A stretch of 64,000 bases of DNA from an uncultured Nitrospiraceae bacterium (GTDB lineage: Bacteria; Nitrospirota; Thermodesulfovibrionia; Thermodesulfovibrionales; Dissulfurispiraceae): the NCBI GenBank assembly GCA_963727805.1, contig CAVSHF010000004.1, positions 1-64,000 on the forward strand, in the 5' to 3' direction. A model generated the notes under the pieces. That model was not told the origin of the DNA, searched no databases, and saw nothing but the letters and a program-made list of their open reading frames with translations. A program made the position numbers and the translations under genes. Below, piece after piece: positions 51,601-61,385 of the stretch; the stretch's first letter is position 1; each line of letters begins with the position of its first letter.

Positions 51601-52828
51601 TGGGATCGATATGGATAGCGGCGGTAGCCTGAGCGGTAATCTCATTTTTCACAATGTCGGCTCCAACATAATCGGCAATCATGTATCTTCCCGAACCGGT
51701 AGTGCCGACACCCCTGACGTCAATCAGATGACCGACTTCTTCATATATCTCCTTTAGGCCGGTCCTGACCGCCTCTATGGGCCTTCCAGCGGTCATAAGA
51801 TACCGTTTGGCCATCAACCTGCCTTTTTCATCGATAATGGCAAGATTGGTGCTTATGGAGCCGATATCGATACCGAGGTAAGCATTGATTTTATCTTTCG
51901 TTTCTCCTGATTTCTTATTGCTGACTGCCGAGCCCCCATTTTTCGGCCGGTGTCTCTCAAGGAAATCATCACCTTCCGATATCAGAGGATCATACCCGCG
52001 CTCGGAATTCTGGGATTCCGAGAGAAATGACTCGAGTTTCTCCAGATCAAATGTATTTCTAGTGTTCTCATCCATGTCTTTTCGCGCAGCTCCGATTGCG
52101 CCCATCAGGGCGAAATCAGGGGGAATGAAGAGCTCGTCAAGCTCAAAGACCTCTTTGAAGGCTCGCGCCATTCCTTTATTGGCCGCCACACCCCCCTGGA
52201 AGGAGACCGGGGGATTCAGTTCGATTCCCTGGGCGATACTCCCCTTGAAATTCCTCGCTACGGCAAAACAGAGACCGGCGACAATATCTTCGATTGGGGT
52301 GGCGATCTGCTGCAGATGGATCATATCGGATTTGGCAAAGACGCTGCATCGGCCGGCGACCTTCGAGGGGCGTTGGGATTTCGCAGCTGTTTCACTGAAT
52401 TCTTCAATGGAAAAGCGGAGACGCTCCGCCTGCTGTTCAAGAAATGACCCGGTACCAGCCGCGCACACCGAGTTCATCGAAAAGCACTTGATCCTCCCGT
52501 TTTCCAGAAGGATCAGTTTCGAATCCTCGCCGCCGAGCTCGATGATCGTACCTGTTTCCGGATAGAGCTTTTTTATCGAATAGGATTGCGATACGATTTC
52601 ATTAATGGGCTTGATATTGAGGATCGAGGCAATAATCTTTCCTGCTGATCCCGTGATGGACAGAGAACTCTCCGGATAGCGACCGGTTATCTCACGCAGC
52701 AGGTCGAGCGCCACCCTCAAAGGATGTCCGTAATGCCTGACGTAATGCCCTTCGAGCTTGTTGCCGCCTTCCTGCAGCACGACTGCCTTAACCGTGACCG
52801 ACCCGGCATCAAGGCCAATAAAATGCAT
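48629..52828 (-). CDS. 2-hydroxyacyl-CoA dehydratase activator fusion (two BadF/BcrAD ASKHA ATPase domains + DUF2229-like and dehydratase-like domains)
   Basis: Two copies of G.D.GS / E.GG.DSK / CAAGTGSFLE.QA, plus CFPVK, CGPD, CRFGQY and PFGCMPG motifs. Confidence 0.9.
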   Translation of the reverse strand: MHFIGLDAGSVTVKAVVLQEGGNKLEGHYVRHYGHPLRVALDLLREITGRYPESSLSITGSAGKIIASILNIKPINEIVSQSYSIKKLYPETGTIIELGGEDSKLILLENGRIKCFSMNSVCAAGTGSFLEQQAERLRFSIEEFSETAAKSQRPSKVAGRCSVFAKSDMIHLQQIATPIEDIVAGLCFAVARNFKGSIAQGIELNPPVSFQGGVAANKGMARAFKEVFELDELFIPPDFALMGAIGAARKDMDENTRNTFDLEKLESFLSESQNSERGYDPLISEGDDFLERHRPKNGGSAVSNKKSGETKDKINAYLGIDIGSISTNLAIIDEKGRLMAKRYLMTAGRPIEAVRTGLKEIYEEVGHLIDVRGVGTTGSGRYMIADYVGADIVKNEITAQATAAIHIDPTVDTIFEIGGQDSKYISIRDSIIVDFEMNKACAAGTGSFLEEQAEKLNISVKDEFADASFRSKNPCRLGERCTVFMENSLMANLQKGHEKDDLLAGLAYSIVQNYINRVVAGKFVGKNIFFQGGVAFNKAVVAAFEKYTGAKVTVPDNHDVTGAIGMALLSMKSMSAAPLKATAFKGLELSQRSYEIDSFECKGCPNVCEINRVKVQGETTPLFYGGRCEKYDIRHAQKSVLPDLFSYREEMLWKEHNKRAEARQGEGKARIGIPYIFFFQDLLPFWSTFLWELGFDVVVSPRTNKQIINLGVENVLSEACFPVKVSHGHVKYLKDEGVDALFIPSFININNEANEYSTGLACPHTQTIPYITMAAIGGFKMLTPVIDFERGEVHIKKEIKKTFAEFGVKARDINHAFTAAKLAQSEFRRSIKNKGKEILRDSVTPERPLIVIVGRAYNSYDPGVNLEIPKKLSHIDVLSIPMDFLALEDESLGDSWPNMYWRSGQRILKAARIIRNNPNLYAIYIGNFSCGPDSFILKYFKEEMGEKPFLHIEIDEHSADAGAITRCEAFLDSIEQQRRSNGDNDYRKINPIEMTSSISRSRVRPAALNKRTIYMPHMTAHSHAVRAAFEFCGVSAEVLPDSDRESVDIGRRHVSGKECYPYLITAGDMLKKVLSSDFRPDESAFFMPSGSGPCRFGQYTVSHKLILDKLGLDDVPIFSPNQDVKFYRAIGIVGNGFAMTAWRGIVAYDLLTKCLHEARPYEKMVGDADSLYALYHEKIYRALVGGNGNMEGILKQMKKEFLSMPKWPEKKPLIGVVGEIFVRSHKFSNEDLIRKIEAFGGEVWLSSMDEWINYINAMSMRKALIKKDTSDIMNLFTKRFFQKRIEHRYSKPFEGFLKSVSEPEIKDIMKKAAPYVHDSFEGETVLSIGKAIDLIERGAAGIINAMPFGCMPGTIVTALLKKMGKDFGIPCISIPYDGSESPTMGLQLEAFMEAVRSEK

Positions 52829-52964
52829 GCACAGCCTCCATCTATAAAATTAACGTCTAACAATAGCTTAGTCAACTGTCAAAAACAGAAACTTCTTATA
52901 AGGAGGGTCACTCTATATCAGAGATATTATATCAGATATGGGACGGCAAGGAGAATATGACGCA

Positions 52965-53651
52965 TTATACATCTACAATGATAGAGAGGCTTTTGTCTCC
53001 GCAATTGAAGAGCATATCGATTACTGAAAGATAGGGCACAAAGTCTCCGTATAACTGAGTGTAAATGGGGTGTTTGTAATCCTGGAACTCCACCTTAATT
53101 CCGTGTCTTAGAAAAATGTCCGGGTCAATATAATTCTTACCGGCCGCGCCTTCATAAAAAATATCAGCCTGAAAATGTTGGCAGATTTTGATGAGCTTTT
53201 CTATTCTATCTCCTGTAATGTCCAGTGATGATGAGCGAACTATTTTATTTGACTCTATGCCAAGGCATACAGCTAGCAGTTTTATAAGTTGAAAATCAAT
53301 ATCTATCAGGCATTCCCAGTTTGTTGAGTAAACATCCTCGAAATAGTTGATATATTTTTTGTAAAAAAAAGCTTTTGAGTAGTTTTGTCTGATCGATGAC
53401 AAATGTTTCTTGCGCCAATTGACAGTGTTGTCGATCGTCACATTCTTTATTAAAGGATGTTGTTCGAATTTCATAAGAACGGGGACCGTGAGCCATTGGA
53501 TTCCATTTGCTGTCTTAATCCTGTTCCTGTTTCTCCAGCCATTTTTATCATACTGGACATCATCATAAATGACAAAAACATCGCTTCTGTGCATTTGTTC
53601 GAAAAACCCAAGCCATGGGAGATAACCAGGTTGAAGGATTCCGATTCTCAT
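52965..53651 (-). CDS. WbqC-like protein
   Basis: QPGYLPWLGFF, DDVQY, RNRIK, WLTVP and LSVIDMLFN motifs. Confidence 0.92.
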   Translation of the reverse strand: MRIGILQPGYLPWLGFFEQMHRSDVFVIYDDVQYDKNGWRNRNRIKTANGIQWLTVPVLMKFEQHPLIKNVTIDNTVNWRKKHLSSIRQNYSKAFFYKKYINYFEDVYSTNWECLIDIDFQLIKLLAVCLGIESNKIVRSSSLDITGDRIEKLIKICQHFQADIFYEGAAGKNYIDPDIFLRHGIKVEFQDYKHPIYTQLYGDFVPYLSVIDMLFNCGDKSLSIIVDV

Positions 53652-54343
53652 TTCTTACCGATGAAATATAAGGTGGCGGCTGTTTTATGTGCTTCCGGAT
53701 GTTTACGGAGATAAAAATCTATAAGCTTGAACGGCGTCAGCAGTATCATGAAGAAAATATATAGTAACTGATAGAGGACTCTGCTGCGAAAAGATAAAAG
53801 CATGGCTAACCACTCTTGCAGTATAATCAGCATTGATGAGGTGGGGCCGCTGTAAACTCCAACTTCAATTTCGTCAAAGGAGCAGAATAAGTTTCTGATG
53901 CCTTCCTTAGTCCATCTATAGTAGTCACTGGGGGCCGAATGATACCCGAATATGAATGGAACTATGGAGTATATATGCCCTCCGGGTTTCAATATCCGAT
54001 GCATTTCATCGACAACTGACTTAGGGTTCTCGACATGTTCCAGCATGGCCACAGAAATTACCCCTCCAACCGAATTCGATTTGAACGGGAGGTAATGAAC
54101 GTCAGCGATAATATCAACGTTTTTATACAGATAAAAATCGACATTCAAAATGCGGCCAGACAGTCTGGTAGGCCCGGATCCGAGATTCAGAACCATTTCC
54201 TCCGTTGGAACCCGGTCTAATATCGCTTTGTACGACTTGCCAGTCGCAAGGACCGGAGATAGGAAGTTCAAAATAAAGATATACAGAGACGGATGTTTTT
54301 TAACGAATGCTTTTAGATAATTCAGAATGTGACAGTTGTGCAT
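53648..54343 (-). CDS. Class I SAM-dependent methyltransferase
   Basis: LNLGSG, LEHV, LKPGG and DYYRWT motifs. Confidence 0.88.
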   Translation of the reverse strand: MHNCHILNYLKAFVKKHPSLYIFILNFLSPVLATGKSYKAILDRVPTEEMVLNLGSGPTRLSGRILNVDFYLYKNVDIIADVHYLPFKSNSVGGVISVAMLEHVENPKSVVDEMHRILKPGGHIYSIVPFIFGYHSAPSDYYRWTKEGIRNLFCSFDEIEVGVYSGPTSSMLIILQEWLAMLLSFRSRVLYQLLYIFFMILLTPFKLIDFYLRKHPEAHKTAATLYFIGKK

Positions 54344-54349
54344 ACAATT

Positions 54350-55375
54350 CTAATACCAGACAGTAGTTCCATCAGGCATCTTAACCGGTACTTTTTTCAT
54401 CGCGATCTGCTTTCTCCAGACCTGTTCATGATCTTTATACCAGGCTATCGTTTGTATTAGTCCGTCTTCAAATGTTATGGAGGCTTGAAACCCAAGAATT
54501 GTTTTCGCTTTGTTTGCAGTTCCTATATGTTTCTGGACTTGACCGAAGCGATCAAGCATAAACTCAAGCTTCGACTGATTTCCAAACTCCGCAGCAATCA
54601 TACGCGCTATATCAGCAACACTGATTGATCTGCCTGTCGCGAGATTGAACACTTCACCTTTTACCTTATCCAAAGGTGCCCGAATTGCAAGATCAATACC
54701 TTTTGCGGTATCTTCAGCAAAAAGCCAATCTCGCTCAGCCGATCCGTCGCCATGTATCGTTAAAGGCTCTTTCAAAATGCAGCTTGTAATGAATCGGGGA
54801 ACAACCTTTTCAAGGTGCTGCCTGGGGCCGTAATTATTGAAGGGCCGGATAATTACTGCAGGTATGTCATGAGCTACGACGTACGAATATACAAGGCGAT
54901 CTGCTCCGGTCTTTGCCGATGCATAAGGGCTTGTCGGGTTGAGGGGGTGGTTTTCATCCATAGGTTCATAGGCAGCAGTTCCGTATACTTCGGATGTTGA
55001 AATATGGATGAACCGCTCAATACGAGCCGAGTACTTCAGCACAGCATTAGCAACCGCTTGAGTGCCTAAGACATCCGTGACAAAGAACTCCCTGTGAGAA
55101 TAGAGCGACCGGGCGACATGAGTCTCAGCAGCAAAATGCACAACATAATTTGACCTGCTGACGAGATCACTTACGAGATCGAGATTATTGATATTGCCAT
55201 ACCAGAATTCAAATCTATCGGAGTTTCTGACTTCGGGTTGGATATTATAAATATCGCCGGCATAGGTTAAAGCATCGAGGACAAGTATTTTGTGGTCAGC
55301 ATGAGTATGAAAGATATAGTTGACGAAAGTACTTCCTATAAGGCCCGCTCCACCTGTTACCAAAATTGTTTTCAT
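54350..55375 (-). CDS. rfbB: NDP-glucose 4,6-dehydratase (RfbB/RmlB-like)
   Basis: TGGAGLIG, HFAAETHV, STSEVYG, PYASAK and NNYGP motifs. Confidence 0.85.
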   Translation of the reverse strand: MKTILVTGGAGLIGSTFVNYIFHTHADHKILVLDALTYAGDIYNIQPEVRNSDRFEFWYGNINNLDLVSDLVSRSNYVVHFAAETHVARSLYSHREFFVTDVLGTQAVANAVLKYSARIERFIHISTSEVYGTAAYEPMDENHPLNPTSPYASAKTGADRLVYSYVVAHDIPAVIIRPFNNYGPRQHLEKVVPRFITSCILKEPLTIHGDGSAERDWLFAEDTAKGIDLAIRAPLDKVKGEVFNLATGRSISVADIARMIAAEFGNQSKLEFMLDRFGQVQKHIGTANKAKTILGFQASITFEDGLIQTIAWYKDHEQVWRKQIAMKKVPVKMPDGTTVWY

Positions 55376-55432
55376 GCGATACCCTCGCAAGGAATTAGTA
55401 GGTGTTCTATCTCCGATAGATTAACATAAGTT

Positions 55433-56155
55433 TCAGGATTTTTTGGCTACAGCCACTATCGAAGTACCAATCGGCAATTTGATAAACCGTGACATGAATC
55501 TTTCACATTCGAAATATAACATCATCAGAATATTAAGAGCTTTGCTTATTTTAAAGTGATTGGCCACTTCCGTTTTCTTTCCCCTGCGTAGTTTCATTGG
55601 TAGATAAAGCATCATGAACATATATTCAATTGACATCGGCAGAAAAGACGCAGCGGTAAGACTTAAATTGAGATCGCTTGTCGAATAACGCCTTTTGTGA
55701 AATGCAATCTCGTCTATCCTGCTCCACAGCTCGTTTCGCGCGGGAACAGTGATAACCAGTATACCGTTTTTGTTGAGAACCCGACGGGCTTCAATCAGGA
55801 TTTGTGTTTCGTCACTGAAATGCTCGAGAACGTCAAACATGCCCACTATATCAAAGGAGTCATTAGCAAAGGGGAGAGTTGCTGCATCGCCTTGCACCTT
55901 GTCATACCCTGGCCATGCTTCATCAATAGCTTCCCTATAGAACTCACAACCCGTAACATGATAACCCTTTTGAGCAAGGAAGTTGCTGACATTGCCGGTG
56001 CCGCAGCCTATTTCGAGGACATTGGGTGCAGAATGCTCAAATCTGCGAATTCTGTCGGCTATCCACTTTCTGCGAATCTTAAACCAAAAGTAGTTTTTTT
56101 CCGCTTTCTTGAGCTGTTGAAAAAATGAAGGATGAAATGTGCCATTGTGTTCCAT
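55433..56155 (-). CDS. Class I SAM-dependent methyltransferase
   Basis: YFWF..RR, LEIGCGTG, DVLEH and H.RRY motifs. Confidence 0.88.
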   Translation of the reverse strand: MEHNGTFHPSFFQQLKKAEKNYFWFKIRRKWIADRIRRFEHSAPNVLEIGCGTGNVSNFLAQKGYHVTGCEFYREAIDEAWPGYDKVQGDAATLPFANDSFDIVGMFDVLEHFSDETQILIEARRVLNKNGILVITVPARNELWSRIDEIAFHKRRYSTSDLNLSLTAASFLPMSIEYMFMMLYLPMKLRRGKKTEVANHFKISKALNILMMLYFECERFMSRFIKLPIGTSIVAVAKKS

Positions 56156-56191
56156 ATATTTCTGTCACAAGATATATTTATACATGTCGTA

Positions 56192-57028
56192 TTATAGTTT
56201 GGGCACTTTCCCCAATCCCCAAAAGGTTTCTAGTTCATTTGATATTTCATTTGAGAAAAGATTAACTAATAAATCCCACAATTCAGACGATAATCTGCTC
56301 CATTCTTCACTGTGTGTTGGCATTGGATCACCCAGTATCCCTTCGACTGATCGATATTGCATAGGCATGCCATAGATCTGGGAAGCATTCAATTGAAATG
56401 AATTGTTCGACTGAAATGTCTTCATTGCCGCTATTTTGGAAGCTGTAAAATATTTGTCACCGAGAATGTAATAGAGTAAAAGAAATTCTCTCCAATCTGC
56501 ATGTCTACCGGGTTTTTGATTGAATCTATTCTCTATGATAGAAGAAGCTTTGTAAATACTTGTAACAAGGACGGGGCGAACCGTATCTTGTCCCTTACTA
56601 TACTGTTCATTTACCATCCAATACCCAATTTCTCTTAAGGAACACTCCGCACTGCCATGACCACAAATAATTACGAGAGCGTCAAAAGGGGAATTCATGA
56701 TTGAAGAGCAGACTGCTTGAGCATAAAGTCTGAATTCAGCGTCTTTAATTGATACTGTTCCATAATAATCGGCGTTAGATTGTGATGGGGTATAACTAAT
56801 CGTAGGGAAGACATAACCAAAATACTTGTCCGAAAGCTGAACTGCTATCTGACGAGTTATTTTTTCTGAGATTAATGAATCTGTCTCAAGGGGAAGAAAG
56901 GGGCCATGCTGTTCCATGCATCCGACTGGAAGGTACGCAATGGTGTGTATCCTTTGTTTATTGGCACTGTCAATTGATTCGCGGAGTTCTTTTGTTGAAA
57001 AATTAATCATTACCGAAGATACTCCCAT
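56192..57028 (-). CDS. Creatininase-family amidohydrolase
   Basis: LPVGCMEQHGP.LP.ETD, GHG and HAD..E metal ligands. Confidence 0.85.
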   Translation of the reverse strand: MGVSSVMINFSTKELRESIDSANKQRIHTIAYLPVGCMEQHGPFLPLETDSLISEKITRQIAVQLSDKYFGYVFPTISYTPSQSNADYYGTVSIKDAEFRLYAQAVCSSIMNSPFDALVIICGHGSAECSLREIGYWMVNEQYSKGQDTVRPVLVTSIYKASSIIENRFNQKPGRHADWREFLLLYYILGDKYFTASKIAAMKTFQSNNSFQLNASQIYGMPMQYRSVEGILGDPMPTHSEEWSRLSSELWDLLVNLFSNEISNELETFWGLGKVPKL

Positions 57029-57569
57029 ATTCTTCTTTTAGTATCGCCATGTGCACGGTGTCATGAAATGTCCCATCAATTGAAACGTCCTGCCGATAAA
57101 TACCTTCCTGCTTGAAGCCGAGATGTTCATAAAAAAGTCTTGCCTTCAGGTTAAAATCAAGAACATACAGGTAAAGCCTATTCAAATTTTGTTTATTGAA
57201 AGCATATTCAATAAGATGTTTAACTGCATCACTTCCATAGCCATGGCCTCTTGTCCTATGGTCACCTATAAATATCCAGAGTTCTGCTTTTTGGTTAATA
57301 GGATCAATATTTCTCAGCCCACATTGACCGATAAGCTTGCCTGTTCTGCTATTTTCTATCGAAAAAACTATCCGACTTTCATCGCATTGCAATTTATTAT
57401 ACCATTCAAGATGTGATGACCAGGTCGTTTTTTGTGAGCGATTGATGGATTTCAGAAGGTTCTTATTCTGCATCCATGAATAGAGAATGCTTAGATCTTT
57501 CTTTTGGACTTGCCGCAATATGACTTTACCAGATAGTGAAATCGGCTGTCGGCAATCACTTTTCTGCAT
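57003..57569 (-). CDS. GNAT N-acetyltransferase (RimJ/RimL/PseH-like)
   Basis: RGHGYG acetyl-CoA loop and N..A..FYE.LGF..EG motif. Confidence 0.9.
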   Translation of the reverse strand: MQKSDCRQPISLSGKVILRQVQKKDLSILYSWMQNKNLLKSINRSQKTTWSSHLEWYNKLQCDESRIVFSIENSRTGKLIGQCGLRNIDPINQKAELWIFIGDHRTRGHGYGSDAVKHLIEYAFNKQNLNRLYLYVLDFNLKARLFYEHLGFKQEGIYRQDVSIDGTFHDTVHMAILKEEYGSIFGND

Positions 57570-58389
57570 AGATTATCAAATACTTGAACAGGTGCCTTGA
57601 AAGGGGCAGGATTTCTTGAAGGTATTTATGCAAGGAAATCAATGTCTCTTCGTTTCCTTCATGTATTGCTTTTGCTTCGCCCAAGAACCATTCATATTTA
57701 ATATCAACTTTGGTAAAGCCAGCATCATGTAACCTCTCTCTTAGATACTCTTCTTTAAAACCATTTTCATCATGTTTGAGGTGTTCAGCAAGTCTAATAA
57801 TATTCCTGTCAATACCAAACTGTGCTTCTAATTCTTTATCTTTATTTAATACCGCATCTATTTCTCTTTTAACAATTTCGGAGTATTCGCTGTTGGGGAC
57901 GAGACTGGAAATCGCTTCCCAAAAATAAAAGTTAGGATCAAGATCTGAATAAAATACCCCACCTTTTTTAAGAATCCGGTGAATCTCCTTAAAAGTAGGT
58001 TCAAGGCTGTCGAGATGATGCAAAACTGCGTAAGCAGTGCAAACATCAAAATAATTGTCTGTAAAAGGTAAATGATCGGATTCAGCCAGTTGGACCTGAA
58101 TATCGTGCGTCTCATGAGTAGTGTCAATTCGATCCAGCATTACCTGGGTAACATCAACTCCCCTAACGACTGGGAAATAATGCTTTGCTATGTCTATGAT
58201 AAACCCCATACCGCAACCCACGTCGAGAAGACTGTTGCCGTTGGTTCTTTTATGAAGATTCGAAAGGATATTTCGCACTCGAAGAATATTTTCCGCCTTA
58301 TAGTGAGGCTCCGTCTCTTTATACTTATCGGCTATGGCAGAATGCAGTTGGATATTTGCTTGAATTACTTCTTTCTTGTCATGTTTCAT
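57556..58389 (-). CDS. Class I SAM-dependent methyltransferase
   Basis: LLDVGCGMG, VLHHL and LKKGG motifs. Confidence 0.88.
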   Translation of the reverse strand: MKHDKKEVIQANIQLHSAIADKYKETEPHYKAENILRVRNILSNLHKRTNGNSLLDVGCGMGFIIDIAKHYFPVVRGVDVTQVMLDRIDTTHETHDIQVQLAESDHLPFTDNYFDVCTAYAVLHHLDSLEPTFKEIHRILKKGGVFYSDLDPNFYFWEAISSLVPNSEYSEIVKREIDAVLNKDKELEAQFGIDRNIIRLAEHLKHDENGFKEEYLRERLHDAGFTKVDIKYEWFLGEAKAIHEGNEETLISLHKYLQEILPLSRHLFKYLIIYAEK

Positions 58390-59315
58390 TTGGTTTTCTC
58401 TTTTTCCGGGTAAAAGAATTCCGAACGTCCGGCCTGCCAGTCCTTACATTTACTGCATAAGTCATGCGTAAAATCACCACGCCAGTGCCGTTCTCTGCGG
58501 AAGGACAGTTCACCTTCCCAAATCTCCTTTATAGACTGTGTTGTCACGGTTCCGGGACTATAATTACCTTCAAAGTCGGCATCGCATTGTGCAAGCTTGC
58601 CAGACCAATGTATGGAGACAGTCCTGTTTAACCACGGACATGGGAAATCTCTTTCGCTATCAGGAAGATTTAAGTTCTCAGCCTGAACGCCGGTACCCCA
58701 ACCAAGTTTAGGCCGTATTTTTACTGTAGCTCCCTGAGCAAGCCAACAATTCTTGAATTGTTCCACCTCGTGTTCATTTTCATCCATGACTATGAACTGC
58801 AATATCACCGATGGCCGTAAGAGGTTCTTCTGTTTCTTTGACGCAAGAAGATGTTCAATATTTTTAACCGTTTCGTGAAAATCTCCGCCAATACGTATTT
58901 TATTATATGTTGCCTCGGTGAATGCATCTAAACCCACGATTATTTCATCAAGCTCCGAGGAAATCAATTTATCTGACATTTGCGCATCGAGATATCGTGC
59001 ATTCGTGTTTAGTATAACCTTTTGAATCCCTTGCCTTTTTGCGTATGTTATCATTGCAACAATCTTATCACCGAGCATTAGTGATTCGCCCATGAGAGCA
59101 AGCCAGAGCCTGCTTGATGGGCTTTCCTGCGCAATTTCATCTACGATTTTTTTGAAAACGTCAAAATCCATCTCACCACGCTGTCTTTTAAGCGTCGGTT
59201 GGGGACACATAATACATCTCAAGTTACAATACGCTATTGTTTCAACAACTATATCGACGGGGAATGGATGTTTTACAAGGGTTCTTTTGACTTCATCTAT
59301 TCTTAGTTTCCTCAT
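58386..59315 (-). CDS. Radical SAM protein with SPASM/twitch domain
   Basis: CNLRCIMC (CX3CX2C), GES, and C-terminal C..W..G....C.D..CxxC. ATG 59315 after GAGGAG. Confidence 0.9.
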   Translation of the reverse strand: MRKLRIDEVKRTLVKHPFPVDIVVETIAYCNLRCIMCPQPTLKRQRGEMDFDVFKKIVDEIAQESPSSRLWLALMGESLMLGDKIVAMITYAKRQGIQKVILNTNARYLDAQMSDKLISSELDEIIVGLDAFTEATYNKIRIGGDFHETVKNIEHLLASKKQKNLLRPSVILQFIVMDENEHEVEQFKNCWLAQGATVKIRPKLGWGTGVQAENLNLPDSERDFPCPWLNRTVSIHWSGKLAQCDADFEGNYSPGTVTTQSIKEIWEGELSFRRERHWRGDFTHDLCSKCKDWQAGRSEFFYPEKEKTK

Positions 59316-60258
59316 ATATCTCCTCTTGTGGATGAATGTTGATCTTTTCATCAATTAAAAAAAGCGGTCTGTTCAAAACTTCCTGGTATATCCTGTACAT
59401 ATTGTCCCCTAATATCCCCAGTGATAGTAAAATTGCGCCGCCAATAAAAAAAATTGATACCATAATGCTTGTATATCCCGACACGTCTATTCCATAAAGC
59501 AGTTTTTTGATTATCAGTATAACTGCAATGAAAAAACTTAGTATTGCTATTAAGAATCCGGAGTAAACCATCAAAGCTATTGGAATTTTGGTATAGGTTG
59601 AAAGAGAATCCACTGCCATCCGACATAGCTTAATAAAAGAGTAATGTGTTTTACCTTTCAATCTGCTGTGCTTATTAACTGAGAGGAAGGAGCATTTAAA
59701 GCCGATAGATGTCATGAGCGGCCCGTATAAGATTTTCCTTTCATGATATCTGTTTAAACTCTTGAGTACTTTTCTGTTAAATAATCTCAGTGTGCCTATG
59801 TTGCTGGGGACTTTAGCCCCCGAGATTTTTGAAAATACAAAATGGTACACCAACGAGTATATTTTTCTCAGGAGAGATCTTTCTTTGTTCAATATCTGTG
59901 TGAACACTATATCGTAGCCTTGTCCAATTCTTTCGTATAAAGCGGTGATATCAGCAGGATCATCCTGAAGATCAGCATCCATTAAAATTATATAGTTCCC
60001 CTTGGCGTAGTTAAAGGCAGCACTTATAGCCGGATGCTGACCAAAGTTTCTTGAAAACCTGATAACTTTCACTGCTTTATTCTTTGCTGCGATGTCTTTA
60101 AGGAGACTGAAAGAATCGTCTGAGCTGCCGTCATCAACAAAAATGATCTCATATCCCGCAATCTTTTCTAAGGATACGATGAGACGGTCATAAAGTTCCG
60201 GGATATTTTCTTCTTCGTTGTATATCGGAATAACAACTGAGAGTTCGGGATTAACCAT
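59293..60258 (-). CDS. GT2 polyprenol-phosphate glycosyltransferase (ArnC/GtrB-like)
   Basis: VDDGS, SRNFG, MDADLQD motifs and two C-terminal TM helices. Confidence 0.9.
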   Translation of the reverse strand: MVNPELSVVIPIYNEEENIPELYDRLIVSLEKIAGYEIIFVDDGSSDDSFSLLKDIAAKNKAVKVIRFSRNFGQHPAISAAFNYAKGNYIILMDADLQDDPADITALYERIGQGYDIVFTQILNKERSLLRKIYSLVYHFVFSKISGAKVPSNIGTLRLFNRKVLKSLNRYHERKILYGPLMTSIGFKCSFLSVNKHSRLKGKTHYSFIKLCRMAVDSLSTYTKIPIALMVYSGFLIAILSFFIAVILIIKKLLYGIDVSGYTSIMVSIFFIGGAILLSLGILGDNMYRIYQEVLNRPLFLIDEKINIHPQEEIYEETKNR

Positions 60259-61381
60259 TTATAACCTCTCTGACTACCTCCATAACACGCACTATTTCTT
60301 TATCCTCCAACTTTGGATAAAGAGGTAATGAGATGGTTCTTTTCCCGATATTTTCCGCAATTGGGAAGAGGCCATCCTTATGGCCAAAGGTTTTCCTGTA
60401 GTATTGTAACAAATGTATGGGTCTATAGTTAACTGCTACTCCGATGCCTCTTTCTTGCAAAGCCCAGAGGATAGTATCCCTTTTATCAGAATCAACAAGG
60501 ATGGTGAACAGGTGTCTGGCATGTTTTGAGTTTGGGACAGTATCCAGTATTTTTATTCCTTTCATAGTTTTCAGTTGCTCTTCGTACAGGTTCCAAAGGT
60601 AGTCACGTCTTGCCCAAAGATTTTCAATTCGTTCTAATTGGCCGATAAGAAGGGATGCCTGGATATTATCCATGTTGTATTTCCACCCGAGGATTGGCAT
60701 GTCCCAGTGCTGATAACGCTTTGTATATCGATCAGCCGCTGATTTATCGATCCCATGGCTTCGCAGCATCCTTAGTAAATCTGCCTTTTCTGAATCGTTC
60801 GTGACGATTGCGCCACCCTCTCCGGAGGTGATATTCTTTGTTGCATAGAAACTGAAACAGGCAGCATGCCCCAGCTGCCCCGGTTTAATACCGTCCCTAC
60901 ATCCTTCAATACAATGGGCAGCGTCCTCGATAACGATCAGTTTGTGCTTCTGGGCGATAGTGTGAATCTTGCGCATATCACACATTTGACCATAAAGATG
61001 CACTGGTAAAATGGCTTTTGTTTTTTTGTTTATTGCAGGCTCGATCAGGTCGGCATTAATGTTCCCGGTCTCTTCCTCCACATCGACAAAAACAGGTACT
61101 GCACCAGCATGAAGAATAGCATTAGACGTAGCACAAAAGCTCATCGGTGTTGTAATGACTTCATCTCCGAAGCCAATGCCCCAGGCAAGCAAGGAAAGAT
61201 GAAGGGCGGCGGTGCAACTTGTAATGCCCACTCCGTGTTCGCTCGAGAGATACTCGGATAATGCATTTTCAAATCTGCTCACACTATCGCCTGTCGTCAA
61301 AAAAATAGACTGCAGGACATCGGTCGCATTATCGATGTCTATTTTTTCAATGTTGTGTTTAAAAAACTGTATATGATCCAT
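60251..61381 (-). CDS. DegT/DnrJ/EryC1/StrS PLP aminotransferase (ArnB-like)
   Basis: SCTAALH, PVHLYG, EDAAH and SFYATKNIT.GEGG motifs. Confidence 0.93.
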   Translation of the reverse strand: MDHIQFFKHNIEKIDIDNATDVLQSIFLTTGDSVSRFENALSEYLSSEHGVGITSCTAALHLSLLAWGIGFGDEVITTPMSFCATSNAILHAGAVPVFVDVEEETGNINADLIEPAINKKTKAILPVHLYGQMCDMRKIHTIAQKHKLIVIEDAAHCIEGCRDGIKPGQLGHAACFSFYATKNITSGEGGAIVTNDSEKADLLRMLRSHGIDKSAADRYTKRYQHWDMPILGWKYNMDNIQASLLIGQLERIENLWARRDYLWNLYEEQLKTMKGIKILDTVPNSKHARHLFTILVDSDKRDTILWALQERGIGVAVNYRPIHLLQYYRKTFGHKDGLFPIAENIGKRTISLPLYPKLEDKEIVRVMEVVREVING

Positions 61382-61385
61382 TATT

